Virus record (IMG/VR): IMGVR_UViG_3300032157_000006
Coordinates: 1-64,000 of that record
Strand: one strand, 5' to 3'
Origin: a virus
Length of the DNA: 64,000 bases
The position numbers were made by a program, and so were the translations under genes. How positions within the stretch are numbered: the stretch's first letter is position 1; the number at the start of each line of letters is the position of its first letter. The notes below the pieces were generated by a model that was not told the origin of the DNA, searched no databases, and worked only from the letters and a program-made list of their open reading frames with translations. Positions 1-11,600 of the stretch are shown here, one piece after another.

Positions 1-530
1 GCGGCCAGAACGACCAAGCCCCCGAGCTGGAGGCGCTTCGCCAGTTCCGCGACCAGGCGATGATGTCGAACCCGGTCGGCCAGGCCATGGTCGCCGAGTA
101 CGAGGCGATCGCGCCCATCGTGGTGGAAGCGATCAGCCAGCGCCCGGATGCGATGTCGATCTTCGGCGCCATCAAGGGACAGTTCCTCGATCGTGCCGTG
201 ATGGCGATCCAGCAGGGCGACATGAACGAGGCATTCAAGGCTTACGCGGAAATGATGGCGTTCGTGACCCCGTTCGCTATCGAAGCGCAGATCGGCGCGG
301 GCGGAGATCCGGACGACCGGGTGCAGCCCGGCCAGGAGCAGATCGACGACTTCGGGGACATGGCGGCCATGGGAGCATACAATCCCGAAATGGCGGGGGC
401 CGCGACCGGGGGAATGGAGATGGACGACCCGATGATGGACGCCGGCATGCCGCAGGTTCCGGGCGGCGCGCCAGGCGGTGCCATGCCGCCGCCTGAGCCC
501 GCGATCGGGCAATTCGTGCGGAGGTACTGA
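1..530 (+). CDS. hypothetical protein, 3' part only (5' end upstream of window); probable virion-internal protein
   Basis: Frame of track ORF 60..530 stays open and GC3-rich back to nt 3 (GQNDQAPELEALRQFRDQAMMSNPV...). Met/Gly/Pro/Asp-rich C-terminus. Stop 528-530 lies 2 nt before the next ATG. Confidence 0.6.
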   Translation, partial: GQNDQAPELEALRQFRDQAMMSNPVGQAMVAEYEAIAPIVVEAISQRPDAMSIFGAIKGQFLDRAVMAIQQGDMNEAFKAYAEMMAFVTPFAIEAQIGAGGDPDDRVQPGQEQIDDFGDMAAMGAYNPEMAGAATGGMEMDDPMMDAGMPQVPGGAPGGAMPPPEPAIGQFVRRY

Positions 531-532
531 CC

Positions 533-1267
533 ATGGGCCTGTTCAGCGGTGGCGGACTCCTGAAGGCGGGTGCAGCGGCTGGCCTCGCCTACATGACGGG
601 CGGCACGAGCGCCGCGCTCATGGCCGGCGGAAGCTCATTACTGTCCGGCGCCGCCGCGAACAAGGGCAACGCGAAGGCGGCGCAGATCAACGAGGAACAG
701 CGCGACAAGGCGCGCACGGCGATCAACACCGGCGCCGACACCGCGACCGGCTACCTGACACCGCAACTCGAGGCCGGGCGTCAGGCTTTCGACACCGGCG
801 CGGACTACATGCGCACCGTGGTCGCGCGGGATCCGAACCAGCTCACGCCGCAGCAGAAAATCGACCTCGCCGACCGCGCGCGCGTGACGATGAGGGGCAT
901 CAACCCCGGCCTGCGCGGCAGCGGGCGCTTCACCACCGCGGCGATCAACGACGTTGTGAACCGCGGCAAGGCCGGGATGATCCAGACCAACCAGACGCGC
1001 TCGGACCAGGCCGGCGGCCAGCTTTTCAGCACCGGGGCGAATATGTCGCAAAGCGCCGCCGGGAACCTCGCCAACGTGGCTACCGGGCAGGCGAAGGACG
1101 TGGCCAACATCGAAACCGGCTACGGCACCAACGCCGGCAACGCGGCGGTCGCGCAGGGGCAGGTGAACGCCGACACGATCGGGGCCATCGGCAGCGTGTT
1201 CGCCGACGCCATGAAGCAGGGTCGCAACGGCCGCTACGACGAGTACCGGGCAGCGTCGACGCAATAA
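533..1267 (+). CDS. hypothetical protein with Gly/Ala-rich hydrophobic N-terminus (possible internal virion/ejection protein)
   Basis: 244-aa ORF with ATG at 533. N-terminus MGLFSGGGLLKAGAAAGLAYMTGG is glycine-zipper-like; the body is Gln/Asn/Gly/Ala-rich. TAATG stop/start overlap with the next gene at 1265-1269. Confidence 0.7.
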   Translation: MGLFSGGGLLKAGAAAGLAYMTGGTSAALMAGGSSLLSGAAANKGNAKAAQINEEQRDKARTAINTGADTATGYLTPQLEAGRQAFDTGADYMRTVVARDPNQLTPQQKIDLADRARVTMRGINPGLRGSGRFTTAAINDVVNRGKAGMIQTNQTRSDQAGGQLFSTGANMSQSAAGNLANVATGQAKDVANIETGYGTNAGNAAVAQGQVNADTIGAIGSVFADAMKQGRNGRYDEYRAASTQ

Positions 1268-2616
1268 TGGGCATCGAATTCGCGCGCAGGAACCCAGGCA
1301 TCGAGTCCTTCCAGACGGGAATGACCAATGCCGGGCGCCGCCGGGCGCTCGACGACGAGAACTACCGCCGGAACGTCGAATTCGGCAACGAGCAGGCCAC
1401 CGATGCTGCGCTGCGTCAAGGGATTGGCGCCTACTACGCCGACCAGCCGCAAGCGAACCAGCCCGCGCCGCCGGGCGTCTCGGCCGCCGCACAACCAGTC
1501 GCCACGCCAGCGCCCCCGCCAGCCCAGTTCTCGGCGCCGGCACCCACCAACGTCGCGGATGGGTTCGGAGATGCGCAGCGCCTGCCGCCAGACCAGCAAG
1601 GCGCGCCGGCACCGGCGGCCACCCCGACAGGCACCTTCGCCACGCCAGCGGTGCGCGCGGCGCCGCGCAACACCGCCTTCGGGAACGCCATGCGGACGCT
1701 TGCGCGCGCGCCGGGCGGAGGCCGGACCATGATGGCCATGCACCAGCAGGACCAGCAGGGCCAGCGCTCCGACGCCCAGGAAAACCGCCGGCTCCAGCAC
1801 GACGGGCAGGTCCTGTGGCTCAAAGCGATCGACGCTGGCGACCTGCGCATGGCGCAGCACATCGGCCAGCAGTACGGGCTCCAGCTCCCGCCGGACATCT
1901 ACACCAACCGCAAGTCCCTGACCGACGTGAAGGTGGCCACCAACACGGCCAAGAGCCTCGGGATCACCGACGACATGATGGCCGTCTCGTTCGTCGATGC
2001 CTACGTCGATGCGCGCCAGAAGGGCGCCGACGAGGGCACGGCCACGCGCGCAGCCACCGCGGCGGTCAAGTCTGGCGCCAGCGGGCCAGGCAAGGCGGTG
2101 CACTGGGCAGTGGACGACGCGCACCAGGTCACCGGGTTCGATGCGCGCGGCACCCCGATCAGGACCGGCGTGAAGGCGCGCCCGCTCAAGCACGAGATGG
2201 GCGGTGGCGGCGGTGCGGCGGATGGCGCAGGCGGCTCGAAACAGCAGCAGTTCGCCAAATGGCGGATCGACACCCTGGTCGCATCCGGGGTGCCGCTCCC
2301 GGAGGCGCAGAAGATGGTCGCTGGCGGCTCCGCGAACAAGCCTGTGACCGGCGCGCAGCGGCTCGCCGCGGCGAACAGGTTGCTCGGGTCGACCGACAGG
2401 ATGGGTCGGAAACTGTACCCGGACCTGAACGCGGCCTTGAAGGCGATCGACTCTGCGACCAGCGGCGCGGGCGGCCCGGCGCCAGCGGCACCGCAACCCG
2501 GCGCGGAAGCGCCCGCAGGCGCACCTGCACCTGCCGCACAGGCCAGCGGCGCGACACCGAAAAGGCTCAAGTTCAATACGTCCACCTTCGGCCTTGACCC
2601 CGTAACCGCTCAATGA
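1267..2616 (+). CDS. hypothetical Ala/Pro/Gly-rich protein (possible internal virion protein)
   Basis: Track ORF 478..2616 has an Arg/His-rich junk N-terminus. Protein-like sequence begins at ATG 1267 (MGIEFARRNPGIESFQ...), overlapping the preceding stop. The 3' end forms an ATGA overlap with the giant gene. Confidence 0.65.
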   Translation: MGIEFARRNPGIESFQTGMTNAGRRRALDDENYRRNVEFGNEQATDAALRQGIGAYYADQPQANQPAPPGVSAAAQPVATPAPPPAQFSAPAPTNVADGFGDAQRLPPDQQGAPAPAATPTGTFATPAVRAAPRNTAFGNAMRTLARAPGGGRTMMAMHQQDQQGQRSDAQENRRLQHDGQVLWLKAIDAGDLRMAQHIGQQYGLQLPPDIYTNRKSLTDVKVATNTAKSLGITDDMMAVSFVDAYVDARQKGADEGTATRAATAAVKSGASGPGKAVHWAVDDAHQVTGFDARGTPIRTGVKARPLKHEMGGGGGAADGAGGSKQQQFAKWRIDTLVASGVPLPEAQKMVAGGSANKPVTGAQRLAAANRLLGSTDRMGRKLYPDLNAALKAIDSATSGAGGPAPAAPQPGAEAPAGAPAPAAQASGATPKRLKFNTSTFGLDPVTAQ

Positions 2617-5600
2617 CGATCGAGGTCGAACTCCACGATGGCTCCATCGCGGAGTTTCCTGATGGGACCCCGACCGATGTGATGGCTCGGGCGGCTGGCA
2701 ACTATGCCGGCCTGATGGCGCCGCCGAAACCGCCTGCCGCACCGCGCACCGCCGCGCAAGCGCAGCCGGTGCCGGGCTCGAGCTTCGAGTCCGAGATGAC
2801 TGGCTCACCTGTTGAGCCACTGGCGCCGACCAGCGTGATGGAGTCGTTCGAGGCGCGCTCGGCGCCGCCGATGCCCGCCGCGGTGCCGCCTGCCAGGCAG
2901 TTCACCCAGGCGCAGGGGCGTATGGATGCGGAGCGCGTCGTGCGCAGCAAGTTCGACACGCAGCTCTCGCCGCAGGAAGAATTCACCTTCGCCGAGTGGA
3001 AGAAGAAGTATGCGCCAAACGATTCCGGCGAGGATTACGACCTGCGAGGGGCGTTCAAGTCCGGCATGAAGCCTAGCGCCGACGGCCATTGGTCGGACGA
3101 GTTCAAAAAGCCGAATCACCCGACGTTCTCGAATCAGTCACGCTACGCAGCATTCGGCGACCCTGGAGAGTGGGCGGGGGTATGGGACCCGAAAACGAGG
3201 ACCTACACGCCGCCTGTAGGTCCGGACGTTTTCACACCAGCGTCGGCCAAGAGGCCAGCGAACTGGCGCAACGACGTCGCCGACAGCGCCATGGGCCGCG
3301 AGCCAGCACCGGCCGCGCCGCGCGCGCCGACCACCGGCGAGATCATGGGGCAGCAGCCGCGCCTGGAAAAAGGATCGCCCACCACCTTCGCGACCGATGA
3401 GGGCGGGGTGTTCGTAGGCACCCAGGACGAGTTCACGAAGGAGCACGGCAAGAAAAGCGGCGTGCTCGATGACGCCGCGACCTACCCGGACCAGTGGAAG
3501 TACGGCGCCTCGGCCGACATCGCGGCGGCGGCGCGCTGGCTGTCCCAGGTGGACGCCGAGATCGCCCGTAACGACGCCATCGTTCAGACCCGCAGGGTTG
3601 CCCTGCCGAGGGCTTTAGCAGGCCAGCAAGGCGATGTGGCTCGCCCGGCGAACCAGGCCGACATCGACAAGGCAAACGCAGCGCTTCCGATCCTGCGCAA
3701 AGAGCGCGATCGTCTGGAGATGATCCGCTCTGGCGCGGACCTGTCGTTGAAGGAGTCCATGCCGAAGAACCCGTCGACCGTGAGCAAGGCGGTGGGCTCG
3801 ATCGGGCGCAGCGCGGTGCCAACGCTCGCTGGTGTAGCCGCCGGCATGGTGGCTGGTCCTGCGGCCGGATTCGCCGTAGGCATCGGACTTGGTGCGGCGC
3901 AACAAGGTTCCGGTACGTTCGCCGACGTGATCGAGGCCGGTCGGGATGCGAAAGAGCGCCTGGCCACCTTCGATGCGCAGCCGGACCGCAATGGCTACCT
4001 GCAAGCGATCCTGAGCGACCCGAGCGCACCGGAAACGGTGCTCAAGTCGGCCAAGCGGGTCGCCGAGACGGTGGATGACATCGGCGCTCGCCTGAAGGCC
4101 GGGATGCTCAGTTCGAGCGCGGCGCGCCAGATGACCGAGCGCGCCTACGGGTCGTTCAAGCGGGACATGGAATTCATCGCGCGCGGCGCGGACGCCGGTT
4201 ACGCGAACGTCTCGGCCGGGATCGACGCCATCGCCGAGGGTGTGGGCGAGGCGATCGGCTTGGGACCGCTTCTTCGCACCATGAAGATGACCGGGCTCGC
4301 CAAGTCCGGGTTCCTGCCGAGCTTTGCTGAGGCTGTGGTCGCGAACTACGGCCAGGAATACGCCACGCAGCTCATGCAGACGCTGAACGCGCACATGCGC
4401 GCCGACCCAAACGTGACCCTGAAGGACGCGCTCGAGCAGGCCCACGAGGCCGGCGTAGGCGGCGCGCTAATGGGCGGCGGCCTGCATGCACCGCTATATG
4501 CGGCCGGTAAGGCAGCGGAACGCGCCGCGGGCGGCCAGCAACCGGCACCGACAGGTCGCCCTGGTGGACCTCCGCCACCTCCACCGCCAGCGCCGGGCAC
4601 CACTGGGGACCTCGCGGCCACGCTGAAGGACAGCCGGCCGCTCGCGGAGATCCGCGCCGAGCAGGCGCGCGAGCAGACGCAGGCCATGGAGCCGCACGTC
4701 GAGCAGGCCGCTGGTGTTTCATCGCAGCAAGAAATGCTAGATGGCGAGGCGAAGGACGGTATCGCCGAGGCCGCCGGGATCCCGAAGCGCGGCGAGCAGG
4801 CGGTCATCACCTGGCCTGACGGCGAGGTCGCGCGCGGCACGATCCGCGACGTCTACCAGGTCCCGCACCCGAACAGCGGCGATACGATGTCGGGCGCCCA
4901 GGTGGAGCTGGAGAACGGTCAAATCATCGACGTCACCACCGCGGACGTGAAGATCGCGCCGGTGCCGGTGGGCTCTAACCTGCCGAAAGACCCGATCGTC
5001 GTGCAAAGCGCGAGCGACATGGAACAGGCCCGCAGGCGCATCGACGAGGAACGCTCCAACGAGCAGATCATCGCCGACAACGACCGCAAGGCGCATGTCG
5101 AGTGGAACGCGATTCCGATCACGCTCGAGACTGCCAAGGGCACCGAGCGGCGCGACGTGAAGAACACTCCGCCGAAATGGGTCGTTCCGCAGATGCCTCA
5201 CGACTACGGCCGCATCAAGGGCGTGAAGGGGGCTGATGGCGATGCTCTCGACATCGCGCTCGGCGACAAGTACGGCAGCCAGCAAATCTGGATCATCGAC
5301 CAGATCGACCCGGCCACCGGAAAATTCGACGAACACAAGGTCTTTGGAGCGTTCGGCAGCGCCGTCGATGCGGTGCGGTCGTACCGCGCATCGTTCGCCG
5401 ACGACACTGCGCCATCACGCATCGGCGCCATCACGCACATGCCGCTCGCGCAATTCAAAGAGGAGTTGAAAACTCGCGACTGGTCGAAGCCGGTCAAGTA
5501 CGTCGAGCCCGCGGCGCCTGTCGCACAGGAACCTGTCGAAACTCCCGAGCAGGAAAAACGCCGGCAGATCGACGAAGGATTCGCGGCAAATCGCGCGGTG

Positions 5601-8600
5601 CTCGGCAATTTCAAGAAGGGCGACCGCGTGCAGTTCATGCAGGGCGGCACGTTCACTCAGGACGACGGATCGAAGCGCGAAGGTCGGCTCGTCATAGGCA
5701 CGGTCCAGTCAATCCAGGACAAGGAGCAGGGAACCGTCAAGGTCATCGAGGATGGCGGTGGAGATTGGTCCGTTGCTGCGCGACATCTCATCAAAGGAGA
5801 GCCAAATGTTCCCACCGAAGAAAAGCCCGCCGTTCCAGAAACGGGCGGCACCACCACCGGACCAACCGGCGGCGGCTACGTCAAGCCGGAGCTACCCGGC
5901 GCCGAGCCCGGAAAAGAAGAAAAGCCCGCAGGGGATAGCGGCGTTCCACGCGAAGGCGAAGTAGGTGTCGAGCCTCCTGCGCCGCCAGTCGCACAACCTC
6001 CGGTTCAACCTCCTGCCCCGCCAGTGGCGCAGCCGCCGGCACCGCCCGTTGCGCCCACGAAAAAGGAACGCTTTGTAGTCGACGGGAAGGTGGAGACGGC
6101 CAGCGGCAGGATGATCCCGGCACCGCCCGCGCTGCGCATGGAGTCCGACCGCAAGCTCAACGTCGACCTGAAGAAACTCGAAGCGTGGCTGGTCGAACAG
6201 GCGATCGACGAGGCCAAGGCAATCGGTAACGACCTCGCCGTCACGATGTTCGGCGGCGCGCGCGGTCGCACGTTGTCGCAGTCCGACAAGGACGGCATGA
6301 ACGTGCTCCTGTTCGGTGAAGAATTCCCGGAATTCATCATCAAAAAAGAGCCTGTAGTCGAGAAGCAGCCCAAGGAACCGAAGAAGCCGAAGGAGAAGAA
6401 ACCTGAGCTGACCGCGAGCGAGAAGCTGCACGGCGAGATCCTGGACGCGCTCGAGAACAACGATCGCGATGCCATGGGCAAGCTGATCTACCAGGACACG
6501 CCGGTCACCGACGAGATGCGCCCGGAGATCGACCCAGGCGATCGTCTCGTGCGCCTCGTGGTCAAGACCGAGGCGAAAAAAGACGTCCAGACCCGCCTGA
6601 TGGACATCGGCTTCAAGGTGTCCGACCTCCAGGACGTCACCGCCGACGATGGCACCACGAAGAACAAGGTGCTGCGCATGTCGGCGATCTACCGTCCGTC
6701 CAAGGACAAGATCGGTGATTTCGGCGAGAAGATGGGCGGCAAGCGCGCCGATGCGCGCTATAACCCAATGGACGTCGACATTAAACTATCGGCTGATGTT
6801 GATGCCGCCAAGGCGGTCGAAAAGATCATCGCCGCCGTCGCGAAGGACCGCATCGTCACCGCCGAGATGCCGGGCCAATCGTTCGGCCAGTTCATGTTCA
6901 TGGAAGCGCTGTGGCACCGAGCCGAATCGCCGGCCGATTACATCGCCAGGATGATTGGCGGAGACAGCAAAGCCGACATCGCGCGCGTCTACGGCAACAA
7001 GCCCGAGCGCATCGTCGCGCTGGCGAAGCAATACGCCGATACGCTGCTCTCGGTGCAGAAGTTGGTCGAAGGCAAGCAGCGCGTCGATGAAACGGCTGAT
7101 GCGCTCAAGAATGGACTCGCCATATTGAGAGAGGATGGGGTGGTGACAGGAAACACCCCTCTCGGCGTTGAATTTGAATCGGTATGGGGAGAATCGCCAA
7201 CACGAGTTATTGGCAGAATTAAGCATAAATTCTCCACGAACGAGGACTCTACCGACCAGACCAACCGCGAGGTGAAGAAACCCGCCGACCCGGCGCCGCT
7301 CGCTGAGATCATCAGGAAGGGAAAGGATTGGAGACAGGGGAAGGTCGTCACCAAAGAGATGTTCGAGGCAGCGTTCGGCTTCCGCGGCGTCGACTTCGGC
7401 AACTGGATGACGGTGGACGAGCGCCAGGCCGGCCTGAACTATGCCTTCGACGCGCTCATGGACTTGACGGTGCTCACCGGCCTTCCGGCGAAGGCGATCG
7501 GCCTTGGCCGAACGCTCGGTTTCGGTATAGGTTCGCGCGGTGTTGGGAATCGCGGCGGCCGTCACGCTGCGGCGACCTACCATCCTGACAACCGCGTCAT
7601 CAACCTGACCAAGACGCACGGCAACGGCACGGTCTACCACGAGTGGATGCACGCACTCGAGGATTACCTGCGCAAGTACAGCAAGACCACAATCTACGGG
7701 ATAAATCACACCGACAAACTGCGCGAGGCGCTACGGCTGAAGTCGAATATTGCCGCCTTGGAGTCGCGCTTCCGCGCCAAGCTGTCCGAGGACGCATCCA
7801 CAGGACGCGACCGCAATGTGCCGCCGAAGGAGCGCGCACTCGCTTGGGCGAACAACAAAACGCCGCACTATGTCCATGGCTGGTGGACGGAGCACTACGG
7901 CATTCGGGCGCGAACTACGTTCAACGCCGATGCGCTGGAGATGGATGGCGGCAAGATCAAGTATTGGGCCGAGCCGCACGAGCTGGTGGCGCGCGCTTGG
8001 GAATCGTTCACCTACGACGAATCCAAGGGTAAGACACCCTACGGCGTTGGCCCTCACGTCGCCGACGGCTACTGGACGAAGAAGTCTGGCTACGACGGCA
8101 CGGCCTATCCGGCTGGTCCTGAGCGCGAGTACGTCGTCACAACTATGAAGCGCTTCCTCGAGGCGCTGAAGGTCGACGATACTGGCGCGATCACGATCAA
8201 GGAAGGCGCGATCGACGTCATCGACCGTCAGATTGAGGAAGCGAAAGCCGAACTCGCGCGCCTGGTCGAAAACGTCGACAAGATCATGGAGGAAATGGGG
8301 ATCCGCCAGCACCCGGAGCAAAAAGACGGGTCGATGACGGAATCCATGTTCTATCACATGCGCAGCGGCTGGTGGCCGAAGGACAAGCACGCCCTTCGCA
8401 CGTTCGTCGCCCAGGCGCACAAGAAGTCGACGAACGAGGTCGATGATCTGCTGCTTCGCCAAGGAGTCGAAGATTTCGAGGCTGCGATGGCGCGCTACGC
8501 CGGCCAGCTCATCCAGGACTGGAAGGGCAAAGGACTTGACGATCGCGCGATCTACGATCGCCTTTTCGAGATGTACAACACGCAGCCGCTGCTCGATGTT

Positions 8601-11600
8601 CGCACCTCGACCGTGGTGATGAACCAGCAATACTCGACGCCGCTGCCGATCGCCTACATCGCTGGCGTCATGGGTCACGTCGGGGAGAAAACCGTCGGCT
8701 ACGATCCGACCGCCGGCAACGGGCTCCTGGGCATCACGCTCAACCCGAAGCGCTTTATCGCGAACGAGCTGGACGACCGGCGCTACAAGAACCTGACGAT
8801 ACTCGAGACGCGCGCGCACCACGGCGATGCGCTGGAGACGCACGAGCGCAAGGTCTACAAGCCGCAGGAAGCCGACACCGTGCTGATGAACCCGCCATTC
8901 GGCCTGATGACCGATCCGCAGAAGGAGGATGGCTACACCATCAAGCGCATCGACCAGTGGATCGCGATGAGCAACCTCGACGCCATGGCCGACAAAGGCC
9001 GCGCGGTGCTGATCCTGGGCGCATCGCGCGATGCCGGAGTTATCAACCAGAACGAGCTGGATTTCTTCCACTGGCTCTGGATCAACTACAACGTGGTCGA
9101 CCATTTCGAGATCACCGGGAAGCTCTACGCGCGCCAAGGGGCGAGCTGGCCGATCCGGGTGCTCGTCATCGCCGGCCGTTCGCCCTCGAAACTTCCGCGC
9201 CCGGTTAGCGGCGCAGTGGACCGATTGGAGAGTCGCGATGACATTTGGGCCCGTGTCGAGAAAGCAAGAGACGCCGCCGCAACGCCAGTTGCCGGCGGGG
9301 TATCCAAGCGGGTGGTGGGTGCCGGAAAGACAGTCAGCCGCGATGGCGGTCAAGGGAAGCCCGGAGATGTCGGGGTCGGAGTATCACCAGGCGTTTCTGG
9401 AGAAACTGGTGGACGCGATGCAGGCGCAGGGGCAGGAATCGGCGCGCCAGTCGATACTGACGTTCCTGGAGCCGTTCAACCGGGAGAGCTACTTCCCGGA
9501 GGACGCGGACCTGGAGACGTGGGCGCGCAACCTGACGGGACTTCTGGCGTTCCCGCTGTCGAGCCCGGAAGCATCGGGACCGGCCGAACTGGAAGCGGCG
9601 CTCCAAGCGGTGAGCGCGCAGGAGGACCTGACGCTATCCGAGATCCTATCGGCGGGAGCGGCCTGACCGACCAGGACCTCGATGACATTTTCGGCGACGA
9701 CGCGCCGCGGGGTCCAAAAAAGCCGAAGGTCCGCACCAAGCGCAGCGGCCCGCGCGCCAAGGCGGCGGATCCTGCCAAGACAAACGCCGACGACGTAACC
9801 GAGGCTGGCGGGCCGATGGATCAGGTGAACGCCAACAGCGGCGACCTAGTTGGCGCGTTCGATGCGATCGACGCCATCTTGAACGGCCGCGCGACGGCGC
9901 CGAAGCCGTTCCCGCAAAAAAAAAGTGGAAGTTCCAGCCGCGCTCTGGTAGCAGCGCAGCATAAAACTGTCGAGAATCGTGTCGCCGACCAGGGCGAGTG
10001 GTGGGTCAGCGACCTGGTGGACGAGGTTCTGGTCGATGCCAAGCCGCTGCTCGATGCCGCACCGGATTCTGACGTCGTGTTCATGGGCAAGCAGGGACCG
10101 CAGATCGACGCGACCATCCTCCAGAAGCTGCGCCCGCACTTCGAGTTGATCTGGAAAGCGGTTTCCGAGAAAGCAAAAGCCGCGCGCGATGCGGCGATCG
10201 CATTCCGTGACCTCGTGGTAGAGAAGTGGGGCGCAAAGGTCCTTGCCTACGCCAAAGCCTTCATCGTCGAGAAGCTGCGCCAGGTGCAGGCCGTCGGCCA
10301 GAAGGGGCCGGTGAACAACGCGATCGAGAACGCCGATCAGGTGTTCTATCAGGGGCTGTCGCAGGGCAAAAACGAGGGGGTGATGATCCCCCGTTCGCAG
10401 CTCGAGCACTCCAAGCGCGCTCTCGCGGCGCTGGATTCTCGCCTACGAAACCAGTACCCGGACGGCATCGACCAGTTCGTGAAGGAGATGGTCGGATACG
10501 AGTCGATCGCGAAGATGCACGAGCACCTGTTCGGCTACCAGGTCGACGGGGTAGCTCTGCAACTGGACGCGATGATGACCGGGAAAGCCTTCATCGTTGG
10601 CGACGACACCGGCGTCGGCAAGGGTCGCCAGGCCGCGGCGCTGGTCGTGTGGGCGCAGAAGGAAGGCAAGATCCCGATCTTTATGACGGCGCAGGACAAT
10701 CTCTACAGCGACCTGTACCGTGACATGGAGGGCATCGGGTTCGACAAGCCGGAGTGGATCCAGCCATCGAACACGGAATGGAAGGTCACGAACGAGTACG
10801 ACGAGGAAATGTCGTCGCCGGGGCGCGGTGAGCTGACCGGCAACAAGCTCGCGGTGCAGATGCTGAAGAACATGGATGGACAGGCAAAGCCGAAAAAAGA
10901 ATCAAAGGTCCCGCCTGCCTCTGAACCATTGACGCCGGAAAATACAGCCGCCGCCATCTCGGAACTGGTGGAGAACGTGAAGGCTGCTGGTGAGCAGGAA
11001 AATATAGACGTCGACGTCTCAAAGGTTTTCCCGGTGAAGAAGCGCAAGGCGCTCTTTACCACCTACGCGCAGATGCAGGGTCCGGCAGGATCCACGCGCA
11101 GGGCCGTGATCGAGCGGCTGGTAAAGGCCGGGAAAGCGGTCCTGATCCTGGACGAATCGCACAAAGCGGCAGGGGAGTCAGGGGTCGGAAAGTGGCTGGT
11201 GAAGATGACCACCGACTACGCACCGCCGGTTGCATTCTTCTCGGCGACCTTCGCCAAGCGCGCTGACAGCCTCCCGATCTACATGCGCACGGACCTGCGC
11301 CATGTGGCGCCGACCGTGCCGGAGGTGATCGACACGATCGTCTCTGGCGGGCCGCAGATGCAGGTGACGATCTCGGAAATGCTGGTGGAAGCCGGCCAGA
11401 TGGTGCGCCGCGAGCGCAGCTACAACGGCATCGTTCCGAAGTTCGACATCGACGAGAACTCCGAGCCGGTCGATGCGCGCACCATGAACGAGGTGACCGA
11501 CCGGCTGCGGGCGATCCTCGCCGCCAACCGTGAGTTCAATGCCTGGGCGAAGCAGAACAAAAAGCAGTTCCAGGAACTCGTCCAAGGGCTGTTCCCGGAG

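Noticed and set aside
478-2616. 712-aa + ORF spanning two annotated genes
   Set aside because: Its first about 260 aa are an Arg/His/Gly-rich out-of-frame shadow of 533..1267. Protein-like sequence only begins at ATG 1267, which is coupled to the upstream stop.
1234-2820. 528-aa antisense ORF. Similar long minus-strand ORFs lie inside the giant gene: 3615..4445, 7731..9353, 11874..12647, 12912..13703, 15249..15905, 16014..16850 and 17433..18371.
   Set aside because: These are typical high-GC antisense shadows. Their translations are dominated by Arg/Gly/His/Pro/Val with no motifs, and the sense frame carries clear enzyme motifs and the GC3 signal.
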